In this document: piece after piece, positions 19,701 to 28,503 of the stretch
Layout: the number at the start of each line of letters is the position of its first letter
Position numbering within the stretch: position 1 is the stretch's first letter
DNA from: Salinivirgaceae bacterium
GTDB taxonomy: Bacteria; Bacteroidota; Bacteroidia; Bacteroidales; SZUA-534
Assembly: GCA_024405635.1 (NCBI GenBank)
Contig: JAKSOL010000002.1
Location: 1-64,000 of the forward strand
Direction: 5' to 3'
Length of the DNA stretch: 64,000 bases
Position numbers and translations under genes: made by a program
The notes under the pieces: model-generated
The model's database searches: none
Seen by the model: only the letters and a program-made list of their open reading frames with translations
What the model was told of the DNA's origin: nothing

Positions 19701-19837
19701 AAGCAGGTTACAAAGTATCGCCAGACTTTGAGTTGTTTGGCACAGTAAACAACTTGTTTGCAAACGGCAAGCGCGACTTTGCTTACACCGATCCACAAAA
19801 AGCTATGTATTCAGTTGGTGTAAACTTCGCCTTCTAA
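16757..19837 (+). CDS. TonB-dependent receptor (non-SusC) with large insertions
   Basis: Plug motifs VITREEL, EALRFVPG, IRG, VDGRP, IEVVRG..SAMYG.GAVTGVINIVT; C-terminal VNNLF...GVNFAF. Confidence 0.9.
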   Translation: MKKILLMAIVMLVSIVASAQEQQLTRDQILNMTFEELSDLPFDQLMAAAETLGVSSVDELFAMIMNKNVSSASKKEESAFASPLSSTVITREELRSYGVSTIEEALRFVPGVIVSEKYNGVNDVQIRGLNNIPDNHWYLYTENANTILMVDGRPVQNQGMGSLNIEMLPVSIEDIAQIEVVRGAVSAMYGIGAVTGVINIVTEKPSVDSKLVSGQFKMGNYNTMNGEVAFRKAVNNKLAVGFSVNMNRRDRTTNKIYLFPQDSTSSTDLYLQSVSAEYYTKPDGSPFSGLELQDMIDKGYLTSVGNGGEYTKVELKRIRNVSKDAAKSSLYSNFSQLQGVMSMLMAYVASKPELKIKLDASMSNEDIAKAFIALYPMLQQSGMLAGSDFANLSDIQLQTYASYCGPAIKSDLNEMSKVYQFKSLDGQVSLDDAFEDPSLAREGEGVNAYLSYTPNNDVRLDFSTGFMHSKTANTPISDWSYALTYREFDNYYANMNASVYGANVSASYTGGPQNFIVGNPSFSVKYNNINVRGEYSFDFNGLTATPSINYNYVHYIDNEDKMPEGFLSSGFFNTEAEMKLFGAGLRLDYKLGNLRLIGNAQFDKTDLPNKWNPAWQFAANYMINDNNFVRAVYGNANRAPVFANTCSNYTWNRVGMGAPDYVQLKGNPDANLVKVQNIELGYRWKPSPKLLVDAEMYGSWSKDYGRLSAHRSALTIDSTYLRYILNTVMDGLVDYSDPSQVIAALNNFDRKLTLNYQNLPYKVQQVGASINVDWIVTKKLIAKANLNWQRTTIKDYYEYHQGEHVVSQFTKTTEKAMKLTGLMDEFRSFGDNKVLQDMFIDQAFVYTPTFEELTYFEGLSGDQQNELLGKLKARTVTQQGFEYDGHVYDASSAAGYYVSYKYSIVRDRETGDYFFGSSNFTEPKKKTVEHKSTPSFYGVVGLIYRPTEKLNVSAFANFMSARTIAVTCGSVKVDPKFILNLKAGYKVSPDFELFGTVNNLFANGKRDFAYTDPQKAMYSVGVNFAF

Positions 19838-19869
19838 AACCAAGTCTCTTTAGGTTTTTCTATATAGTT

Positions 19870-19903
19870 GGGGGTCCGTTCCGTAATGGGGCGGGCCTTT
19901 TTT
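19870..19903 (+). terminator. Rho-independent terminator after the TonB-dependent receptor
   Basis: GGGGTCCGTTCC-GTAAT-GGGGCGGGCCTT followed by a T-tract. Confidence 0.8.
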
Positions 19904-19990
19904 ATTAGTTCGATTTTTTTGTCAAAAAACTAAACTCCAGCGCTAGCATGTGGTTTTGCTTACATTTGCCAGTTGAAATATCAAGCAGTT

Positions 19991-21340
19991 ATGAATCGCG
20001 ATGCAATAGATTTTGGTACCGCACCAATTGGCAAACTTTATAGGCAGATGTTGCTGCCTACGGTGGCTAGCATGCTTTTTTCGGCCTTGTTTATTGTTGT
20101 CGATGGCATTATGGTGGGTAAAGGAATTGGCTCTGATGCTCTTGCTGCGGTAAACATTGTTTGTCCAATTTGGTTGTTGGCAACAGGAGTTGGACTAATG
20201 TTTGGCATGGGCGGCTCGGTGGTGGCATCAATTCATTTGGCTGAGGGAAATGTTAAAGCAGCACGCATCAATATTACTCAGTCGTTATTGGTGTCAACAT
20301 TGCTTGTTGGGGCCTTTTCGGTTGTGGTAATAGTGTTCATTTATCCATTTTTACGCCTGCTTGGTTGTTCTCAAACACTTATGGCGTTGGCTTATGATTA
20401 CTTGCTAGGTTTTGCGCCTTTCTTGTGTGCCAATTCGTTAATCTGTTCGGTAGGTTTTGTATTGCGTATTGATGGTTCGCCGCGGTATGCAATGGTTTGC
20501 TCGATAGTGGCAACCCTGATAAATATGTTGTGCGATTATCTGTTTATTTTCCCGTTACAAATGGGTACGTATGGAGCAGCTTTGGCAACAGCCATAGGTA
20601 CAATGGTTGGTGTGGTAATGGCGGTAGTATATTTGATTACACCATTGGCCAAGTTGCGTTTTAAACGTATTAAATTGACAGTAACCAGCCTTAAACTCAC
20701 TTTGCGAAATGTGTTTTACCAGTGTCGCATTGGATTCTCGTCTTTTTTGGGCGATGTTGCAGTTAGTGTTACCATGCTGTGTGGCAACTATGTGTTTATG
20801 CGTTTACTTGGCGATTCGGGGGTGGCAGCATTTAGTGTAGCGTGTTACATTATGCCCATTGCATTTATGGTTTGCAATGCCATTGCGCAGTCGGCTCAGC
20901 CTATAATTAGTTACAATTATGGAGCAAGTCAATTCTATCGCTCACAAATGGCATTTCGTTTAGCACTTGCCACTGCGGTTGCAGTTGCTGTGCTTGTGGT
21001 TGCCGTTACACCGTTTTCAATCAACGCAGTAGTAGGTTGGTTCATTCAATCTTGTGATCCAGCTTTTAGTATTGCAACAAACGGATTGCCATATTATGTG
21101 TTGGCATTTGTGCCAATGTCGGTCAACTTGCTGATAATATGCTATTTGCAAAGTATAAAGTGCGATTGTGCAGCAGCAATAATCACTGTTCTTCGAGGTT
21201 TTGTTTTGCTCGTTTTGGCGTTTATGCTGATGCCCACTTTGTTTGGTATAATAGGAGCATGGTTATCAGTTGCTGTAACTGAGACATTTACATTGATTGT
21301 GTCGGTAGTGTTGTTGCGTAAAGCTTTAAAAAATATTTAA
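19991..21340 (+). CDS. MATE family efflux transporter (MepA-like)
   Basis: VDGIMVGKGIGSDALAAVNI, LRIDGSP, QPIISYNYGA; about 12 TM segments; TACATTTG box at 19961-19968 favours ATG 19991. Confidence 0.9.
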   Translation: MNRDAIDFGTAPIGKLYRQMLLPTVASMLFSALFIVVDGIMVGKGIGSDALAAVNIVCPIWLLATGVGLMFGMGGSVVASIHLAEGNVKAARINITQSLLVSTLLVGAFSVVVIVFIYPFLRLLGCSQTLMALAYDYLLGFAPFLCANSLICSVGFVLRIDGSPRYAMVCSIVATLINMLCDYLFIFPLQMGTYGAALATAIGTMVGVVMAVVYLITPLAKLRFKRIKLTVTSLKLTLRNVFYQCRIGFSSFLGDVAVSVTMLCGNYVFMRLLGDSGVAAFSVACYIMPIAFMVCNAIAQSAQPIISYNYGASQFYRSQMAFRLALATAVAVAVLVVAVTPFSINAVVGWFIQSCDPAFSIATNGLPYYVLAFVPMSVNLLIICYLQSIKCDCAAAIITVLRGFVLLVLAFMLMPTLFGIIGAWLSVAVTETFTLIVSVVLLRKALKNI

Positions 21341-21457
21341 TGCAGAATAACGGCACGTTTTTATTTCAAAATGCATAAACAACAAATGTTGATGTGTCAA
21401 TGTTAGGTTGCTATATCGTACTATTATACTTTTGCACGAAAACCAATAACCAATATA

Positions 21458-22876
21458 ATGTTAAAAGAAACCACCGACCAACTGCTAGCTCGCATTCGAA
21501 AGGGACATGAAGTTAGTTTGTCGCAGCAATTACAGCTAACGTGGCGATTGAGTGTCCCGGCAATGCTAGCACAATTGTCGTACATTGTAATGACATATAT
21601 TGATGCAGCAATGGTTGGCCATTTGGGCGATGATGCTGCAGCTTCAATTGGATTGGTTTCAACATCAACGTGGCTTTTTGGCGGCATTGGCAGTGGGTTT
21701 ACTGCCGGATTTTATGTGCAAGTAGCGCATCTTATTGGTGCAAACAATACCAGTGGGGCCCGTAGTGTGCTGCGGCAGTCGTTGCCAACCATTGTTTTGT
21801 TGGGTTTGTTGGTAGGAGGCATAGGCGCCGCTATCAGTTTTGGACTACCTAAATGGCTTGGCGGAACTCCCGAAGTTTGTCCCGATTCAACCCGATATTT
21901 CTTCATCTTTTCGCTGGCTATACCGTTGGCAATGCTTAATCAGTTGGCGAGCGGAATGTTGCGTTGTAGTGGGAACATAAAATTGCCAAGCATGCTCAAT
22001 GTAATGATGTGTGTGCTCGATGTGCTGTTTAATGCGTTGTTTATTTTCCCATCGCGAACAGTTGAGATTTTTGGCATAACAATGTATGTTCCATGCGCCA
22101 ATATGGGCGTTACTGGTGCAGCTTTGGCAACAGCATTGGCCGAGTTTGTTACGCTTTTCTTCATGATGGGCTATCTGATTTTTTGTTCAGCCGAATTGCA
22201 TTTGTGGCACACAACAGGCAGCTTTATGCCGCAACGTGATTGTCTAATTAAAGCCGCAAAAATCGGATTGCCAATGACTTGCGAGCGTGTGGTGATGAAT
22301 GGAGCCCAAGTGGCAAGTACTACCATAGTGGCTCCGCTTGGCATGGCATCAATAGCGGCAAACTCGTTTGCTATTACCGCCGAGAGCCTTTGCTACATGC
22401 CTGGGTTTGGAATTAGCGAGGCAACCACAACATTGGTAGGGCAGTGTGTTGGAGCCAAACGCCGCGACCTTACTTGGAGTTTTGCCAAGTTGACAACATG
22501 GCTCGGCATTGGAGTCATGTCGTTAATGGGAATACTTCTGTATATATTTGCTCCACAAATGATTGCGTTTATGACACCTAGCGCCGAAATTCAACATCTT
22601 GGAACATCGGTTTTGAGAATTGAGGCCTTTGCTGAGCCAATGTTTGCCGCGTCAATTGTGGCATATTACTCGTTTGTAGGGGCAGGAAATACTCTTGCTC
22701 CAGCGCTTATGAATTTGGGTAGCATTTGGTTGGTGCGAATACCGCTCGCCATTTTGTTTGCGCCAATTTGGGGGCTACAAGGTGTATGGTTAGCCATGTG
22801 TCTTGAACTATGTTTCCGAGGCGTTATTTTCTTAACTCGATTGTATCGTAAACGTTGGATTACCAAAGCATTGTAA
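21458..22876 (+). CDS. MATE family efflux transporter (NorM/DinF-like)
   Basis: IDAAMVGHLG, GVTGAALAT, TTLVGQCVGA; own TACTTTTG box at 21427-21434. Confidence 0.9.
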   Translation: MLKETTDQLLARIRKGHEVSLSQQLQLTWRLSVPAMLAQLSYIVMTYIDAAMVGHLGDDAAASIGLVSTSTWLFGGIGSGFTAGFYVQVAHLIGANNTSGARSVLRQSLPTIVLLGLLVGGIGAAISFGLPKWLGGTPEVCPDSTRYFFIFSLAIPLAMLNQLASGMLRCSGNIKLPSMLNVMMCVLDVLFNALFIFPSRTVEIFGITMYVPCANMGVTGAALATALAEFVTLFFMMGYLIFCSAELHLWHTTGSFMPQRDCLIKAAKIGLPMTCERVVMNGAQVASTTIVAPLGMASIAANSFAITAESLCYMPGFGISEATTTLVGQCVGAKRRDLTWSFAKLTTWLGIGVMSLMGILLYIFAPQMIAFMTPSAEIQHLGTSVLRIEAFAEPMFAASIVAYYSFVGAGNTLAPALMNLGSIWLVRIPLAILFAPIWGLQGVWLAMCLELCFRGVIFLTRLYRKRWITKAL

Positions 22877-22947
22877 CGCAGTGTGATTGGTAGGGTATAT
22901 GGTATTTGATAATTTATATATTTACGACTTGAAAAATAATCTTTAAA

Positions 22948-24516
22948 ATGATATTCAACCTACGTAAGATATTGCTGCTATGTCTTTGTGTAGCACCATT
23001 TTATACTTTTTCGCAGGAGTCTGATTTGAGCTTGGTTCGCAAATATGCCGAAACTGCTTTTAACAAAGGCGACTACGAATTTGCACTTGAAAACTACAAG
23101 ATTCTTTACGAGTCAACTCCCGACGATATTGACATTAACTTTTGCATTGGTGCTTGTTACACCGAAACAAACATCGACAAAGAGGCTGCCGTTAAGTACC
23201 TCGAGTTTGTGGCTCGTCACAATAACTTCCCCGCTCGTACATACTATTATCTAGGTCGTTCGTATATGAACACCTATAGGTTTACCGAGGCAATTGAGGC
23301 TTTTTATAACTACAAAATGTACGGATCAATTGAATCGGAATTGCACGAGTCAACTCGTATGATTGAAATGTGCGAAAAAGCAGTTGAGGTTATTCCCAAT
23401 GCTCAAAACGTAAAATTCACATTGCTCGATACAACAATAAATTCAACAGCCGACGATATGTTGCCGTTTATTACAAACTACGGCACGTTGCTATACTTTA
23501 CAAGTACACGCGAGTATAATAAGGAACTTGAAGAATATCAGAGCCTTGGCTTTTATAGCGAATTAAAAAAAGGAGCTTGGACAAACGCTATAAGCGTGCC
23601 TCCTCACAATAACGATTATGAGGAAATTGTAGGAGTTTCGCCCGATGGCAACCATTTGCTCATTCACGCAAATGGCGATTTTGCATCGCACGACATTAGA
23701 AAAACCAATCGCAAAGGCAATAAATTCAGTCGCGCTTTGCCTGCCGAATTGCCAAGTTTTATCAATACCGAGGGCGTTGAGTGTGGCGCCAGTATGACAG
23801 CCGATGGCAATACCTTGTTCTTTGCAAGCAACAAAAAAGGCGGCTACGGAGGAATGGATATTTATGTTGTACGCCGTGAACTTGATGGCAGCTGGGGCGA
23901 ACCTCAAAACCTTGGTCCAACAATCAATAGTCCTTACGACGACAACTATCCAAACATTAGTGCCGATGGCAAAGAAATTTATTTCGCGTCAAAAGGTCAC
24001 GATGGCATCGGCGGTTACGATATTTTTACTTCATCAATGCTTGATGATGGAAGAACATGGACCAACCCTCGTCCGTTGGATTATCCAATCAATACACCGT
24101 TAGATGATATAAGCATTTCATTTGCTCCCGATAGAAGAAGCGCATACCTTGCCGCTAAACGAAAAGAGGGCATTGGCGGACTTGATATTTATCGAGTAGA
24201 ATTTTTTGAAGAGCAAGCAATTGCATTGGCTTTTACTATTTACGTAGGTAATAATGAATCTGATGCAGTTCGGTATTCTATAGATCATCCAAAGGCTTAT
24301 TGCGTGATAAACGACATCTACGGCAACATTTTTGCGCAAGTGGAAGTTACTGAAGATGGTGAGGCATTTATTATGCTGCCGCCAGGTGAATATCGCCTTG
24401 AGGCTCGTTTTGAAGGTTATGAACCTTCGTCGAAAACAAAGATTGTTGTAAGCGAAAATGCAGTTGGCGAGGCTGGAATATTGTATCAGGATATTTATCT
24501 GAAACCCCTTAACTAA
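22948..24516 (+). CDS. Secreted TPR + PD40 beta-propeller + Ig-like protein (PorE-like, no OmpA domain)
   Basis: Signal peptide; TPR helices; PD40 repeats (NLGPTINSPYDDNYPNISADGKEIYFAS.GHDGIGGYDIF); LPPGEY C-terminal domain. Confidence 0.8.
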   Translation: MIFNLRKILLLCLCVAPFYTFSQESDLSLVRKYAETAFNKGDYEFALENYKILYESTPDDIDINFCIGACYTETNIDKEAAVKYLEFVARHNNFPARTYYYLGRSYMNTYRFTEAIEAFYNYKMYGSIESELHESTRMIEMCEKAVEVIPNAQNVKFTLLDTTINSTADDMLPFITNYGTLLYFTSTREYNKELEEYQSLGFYSELKKGAWTNAISVPPHNNDYEEIVGVSPDGNHLLIHANGDFASHDIRKTNRKGNKFSRALPAELPSFINTEGVECGASMTADGNTLFFASNKKGGYGGMDIYVVRRELDGSWGEPQNLGPTINSPYDDNYPNISADGKEIYFASKGHDGIGGYDIFTSSMLDDGRTWTNPRPLDYPINTPLDDISISFAPDRRSAYLAAKRKEGIGGLDIYRVEFFEEQAIALAFTIYVGNNESDAVRYSIDHPKAYCVINDIYGNIFAQVEVTEDGEAFIMLPPGEYRLEARFEGYEPSSKTKIVVSENAVGEAGILYQDIYLKPLN

Positions 24517-24524
24517 TTGAAAAA

Positions 24525-26066
24525 ATGAGACGATTAACCTACTTGCTGGCGTTTGCATTAACCTTGCCTTTTTTTGCAAATGCACAGTCAAACGAGCGTG
24601 AAGCAAACTTTCAGTTTAAACAAGCCAACTATGCGTTGGCTTATCGTTTGTATAACGACATATATAAAAAAGACACCAACAATGTTGATGTGAACTACTA
24701 TTTGGGCGCATGCCGCATTTGCGCTGGAGCTGCACCTCATTTAGCACTAAATAACTTGCTAAAGGCAGCCGATAAATATGGTAGCAAAACCGATTTCCAA
24801 TTGCTGTTGGCCTACGCTTATCTTTACAACTATAAATTTGATGAGGCTCGTAAGGCTTGCGATTTAGCAAAAGATGCAAAAAATATGGACGGCCGTCCTG
24901 AAGACGCAGTGTTGTTGAAAAAGAAAATTGACAATGCCGAACGCATGATAAAAACTCCGCTAAATGTTTCATTTGTCAATTTGGGCAAAGGCATAAATAG
25001 CGAATTGAACGAGGAAACTCCAATGTTGAGCGCCAACGACGAAATGTTGCTCTATACAACCAATCGTAAGTACGACAATGTTATTAAAATGTACACTTAC
25101 GATGTACTTTTTAGCCCTTCAGATATGGGCGACTATAAGAAAAACCGTCCGGCTGCAGCAATTAATAGTCAAGACGATGAATTCCTTGCAGGCATTTCGC
25201 GTTCAGGAAGTCATGTGTTTTTTCAATTGCAAGGAGTTGATGCTTTTCAAGATTTGTTGGCAACCGAGACAAACGGCATCAATATGAAAGGAAAACTGAT
25301 GTTGCCTGAACCTTTGAATTCTAAAAGTGCCGAAACAGCAATATGCGAGTCAGCAAGCGGCGACACAATGATTTTTTCAAGCGACCGTGCAGGCGGCTTT
25401 GGTTGTCGCGATTTGTATATGAGCATTAAGTTGCCAACAGGTAACTACGGTGAACCTATTAATCTTGGCAAAAACATTAACACAAAATACAACGAAGATT
25501 TTCCAATGCTTTCGGCCGACGGCAAACAACTCTTCTTTTGCAGCGATGGCGAAGAGTCAATGGGCGGTTTTGACATTTTTGTTTCAGATATTAATCCCGA
25601 AACTGGCGAGTTTGGCAAGCCACGCAACATTGGCTATCCGCTAAACGATGTGTTTGACAACAAAACCATTGCCTATTCGCTCGACGGTCGATACGCCTAT
25701 GTGTCAGCTATTCGTCCCGATAGCTACGGTTTTGCCGACCTTTATCGTGTGATTTTTAACGATAAAGACCCTTCGGTAAAAATCTATCGTGTAAAAATGA
25801 AACAAGGAACCGGTGAAACAGCAACCGATTTTGCCGATACCGATTCTTCAATAAAAGCAGTGGTTTACAATGCAAAAACAAAAACTGTGTTTGGTACATA
25901 CAATTACAATGCCGCAAACAGTCAGTTTACCATTGCTTTGCCTCCAGGTAACTACACTCTTGAAGTAAAAGGCGACAAAATTCAAGACTATTCAACCAAA
26001 GTGAATGTTTCGTCGGCTCCTGGCAAAAAAATTGAAAACCTAAATTGCTCACTTGTAGTGAAGTAA
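24525..26066 (+). CDS. Secreted TPR + PD40 beta-propeller + Ig-like protein, paralog 2
   Basis: Signal peptide ANA/Q; TPR; NLGKNINTKYNEDFPMLSADGKQLFF, SMGGFDIF; LPPGNY C-terminal domain. Confidence 0.8.
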   Translation: MRRLTYLLAFALTLPFFANAQSNEREANFQFKQANYALAYRLYNDIYKKDTNNVDVNYYLGACRICAGAAPHLALNNLLKAADKYGSKTDFQLLLAYAYLYNYKFDEARKACDLAKDAKNMDGRPEDAVLLKKKIDNAERMIKTPLNVSFVNLGKGINSELNEETPMLSANDEMLLYTTNRKYDNVIKMYTYDVLFSPSDMGDYKKNRPAAAINSQDDEFLAGISRSGSHVFFQLQGVDAFQDLLATETNGINMKGKLMLPEPLNSKSAETAICESASGDTMIFSSDRAGGFGCRDLYMSIKLPTGNYGEPINLGKNINTKYNEDFPMLSADGKQLFFCSDGEESMGGFDIFVSDINPETGEFGKPRNIGYPLNDVFDNKTIAYSLDGRYAYVSAIRPDSYGFADLYRVIFNDKDPSVKIYRVKMKQGTGETATDFADTDSSIKAVVYNAKTKTVFGTYNYNAANSQFTIALPPGNYTLEVKGDKIQDYSTKVNVSSAPGKKIENLNCSLVVK

Positions 26067-26233
26067 TAAATAGGATTAAGCAAAGTTGCCATCAATCAAT
26101 AAAAACGAATTAGAACGATAGTCAACAAGAATAAAATTAAGTTGGTTATTGTTTTTATAAAATTGAATAAAGCTTAACTTTAAGATTTATAGTTGGTTAG
26201 AGGTTTAATTGATAGCCAATTGCAATACAAAAT

Positions 26234-27166
26234 ATGAATATTATTGAAATTGACGGAGTGTGCAAAAGTTTTGCCAATCACAAAGCACTCAGCAACGTCA
26301 GTATGCAAATACCAGAAGGCTCGGTGTTTGGATTGTTGGGCCCAAATGGAGCTGGAAAAACAACACTAATTCGCATTATCAACCAAATTTATGCTCCCGA
26401 TTGCGGAACAATAACCTTTGATGGCCATCAGCTTACACGTGCCGATGTTGCAAGCATGGGCTATTTGCCAGAGGAACGCGGTCTTTACAAGCAAATGCGC
26501 GTAGGTGAGCAGGCTATTTATTTGGCACAACTAAAGGGAATGAGCGCGGCTGAGGCTCGTCGTCGTTTGCATTATTGGTTCGATAAGTTTGAAATTTCAG
26601 AGTGGTGGAACCGTAAAGTTGACGAGTTGAGTAAGGGCATGCAGCAAAAGGTTCAGTTTATTACAACTGTGTTACATGAACCACGTTTGCTAGTGTTTGA
26701 TGAGCCTTTTAGCGGTTTTGACCCCATAAATGCTAACTTGCTTAAAAACGAGATACTTGAGTTGCGCGACAAAGGTGCAACCATCATATTTTCAACACAC
26801 AACATGTCGTCGGTTGAGGAAGTGTGCAATCGTGTGGCGTTAATCAACAAGTCGCATAAGGTGCTCGATGGCGAAGTTCGTTCCATTAAGCAACAATTTA
26901 AACTCAATAAGTTCGATTTGGCTTTTGTTGGCGAGTACAATCATGTGGCATCAATAATTGAAAACATTGCCGATGCCGTTGAATACAATCAACAAGGCGC
27001 CGACTGCGAGGTGCGCGGAAGACTCAAAAATGGCGCAACATTCAATAACCTACTGCAAATGTTGCTACCATTGGCACAAATAACTCGTTTTAGCGAGTTG
27101 CTACCCACAATGAACGATATTTTTATTGAAACAGTAAACAATTCGCAATCGTTTGGCAATGAATAA
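26234..27166 (+). CDS. ABC-2 type ATP-binding protein (NatA/YhaQ-like, DUF4162)
   Basis: GPNGAGKTT, GYLPEERGLY, LSKGMQQK, DEPFSGFDP. Confidence 0.93.
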   Translation: MNIIEIDGVCKSFANHKALSNVSMQIPEGSVFGLLGPNGAGKTTLIRIINQIYAPDCGTITFDGHQLTRADVASMGYLPEERGLYKQMRVGEQAIYLAQLKGMSAAEARRRLHYWFDKFEISEWWNRKVDELSKGMQQKVQFITTVLHEPRLLVFDEPFSGFDPINANLLKNEILELRDKGATIIFSTHNMSSVEEVCNRVALINKSHKVLDGEVRSIKQQFKLNKFDLAFVGEYNHVASIIENIADAVEYNQQGADCEVRGRLKNGATFNNLLQMLLPLAQITRFSELLPTMNDIFIETVNNSQSFGNE

Positions 27167-28493
27167 GATATTAGTAATAATTGGTCGCGAATACATTACC
27201 CGTGTACGCAAAACAAGTTTTATTGTAATAAGCATTTTGGGCCCAATTGTTATGTTGGCGCTAATGTTCTTCCCTATGGTAATGGAGCATTATGAAACCG
27301 AAGAAGTACGACTTATTGCAGTTGCCGACAGCTCTCATCTGTTTATCAATAAATTGCCCGAAACCGAAACCATAAAGTTCGTTTATCTTGAAGATGCTGA
27401 CCTTAACAAGCAAAAAGAACGATTTAAACAATCGGACTACTACGCATTGCTTTACATAGGTCACAATGTGGTAAATACAACAAACTCGGTATGCATCTAC
27501 TCAAACCAAACTCCAAGCATGTCGTTGCGAATGCACATTGCTAACTACATTGAAAAACGCATTGAGGAGGGTAAACTTTGGGCTCGAGGGGTTAATCCCG
27601 ATGTGCTGCAATCGGTAAAAACAAAAATTGAAATAAGCACTGTTAAACTTTCGGCCGACGGCAACGAAAAGACCGAAAACTTTGTGCTAATGGAAGTGCT
27701 GGGCTATGTTTTGGGTTTTGTGGTTTACATAATGTTGATATTAACTGGCAACATGGTTATGCGTAGCGTTATTGAAGAAAAAAGCAATCGTATAGTCGAA
27801 ATAATAGTGTCGTCGGTTAAACCGGTTCAACTTATGATTGGCAAAATAGTTGGAGTTAGTCTTGTTGCGTTCACTCAGTTTGCCATTTGGATAGGAGTAA
27901 CCGCCGCAATATACATAACCGTTGTTAGTCTGTTTGTAGCGCCCGATGTAACTCAACTGCAATCAACGCAACAACTTATGCAAGCAAGTGGCAGCATATT
28001 GCAACAATCGCAACCCGCAGTTGACGATATGACCATAAAACTGCACGATGCAATGGGCACAATAGGTAGAATAAACTTTGGAGGAACAATTGCAGCCTTC
28101 TTATTGTTCTTCTTTGGTGGATATTTCCTCTACGCAGCATTGTTTGCAGCCGTTGGCTCAGTATGCGACAACGAAACCGACAGCCAGCAATTTGTGTTCC
28201 CAATAACTTTACCGCTAATAATTGCCATTATTGTAATGGTAAACACCATACAAGCACCCGACACTCAATTGTCATTTTGGTTTAGCATAATTCCGTTTAC
28301 ATCGCCCATAATAATGATGGCGCGCATTCCATACGGAGTGCCTTACACCGAAATTTTCTTGGCGGCCACATTGTTAATTCTTACTTTTATGGCCGTTGCG
28401 TGGGGAGCATCAAAAATTTATAGTACAGGAATATTGATGCACGGCACCAAACCAACCTGGCGCAACATATTCAAGTGGATAAAACAAAAGTAA
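27159..28493 (+). CDS. ABC-2 permease (NatB/YhaP-like)
   Basis: REYITRVR, VIEEKSNRIVE, LMIGKI, IPFTSPI; overlaps the ATPase stop. Confidence 0.9.
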   Translation: MNKILVIIGREYITRVRKTSFIVISILGPIVMLALMFFPMVMEHYETEEVRLIAVADSSHLFINKLPETETIKFVYLEDADLNKQKERFKQSDYYALLYIGHNVVNTTNSVCIYSNQTPSMSLRMHIANYIEKRIEEGKLWARGVNPDVLQSVKTKIEISTVKLSADGNEKTENFVLMEVLGYVLGFVVYIMLILTGNMVMRSVIEEKSNRIVEIIVSSVKPVQLMIGKIVGVSLVAFTQFAIWIGVTAAIYITVVSLFVAPDVTQLQSTQQLMQASGSILQQSQPAVDDMTIKLHDAMGTIGRINFGGTIAAFLLFFFGGYFLYAALFAAVGSVCDNETDSQQFVFPITLPLIIAIIVMVNTIQAPDTQLSFWFSIIPFTSPIIMMARIPYGVPYTEIFLAATLLILTFMAVAWGASKIYSTGILMHGTKPTWRNIFKWIKQK

Positions 28494-28503
28494 AATTCGA
28501 GGT

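Noticed and set aside
26115-26157. GU-rich inverted repeat after the second PD40 gene as an ncRNA
   Set aside because: Weak AT/GU stem with a long loop; at most a poor terminator
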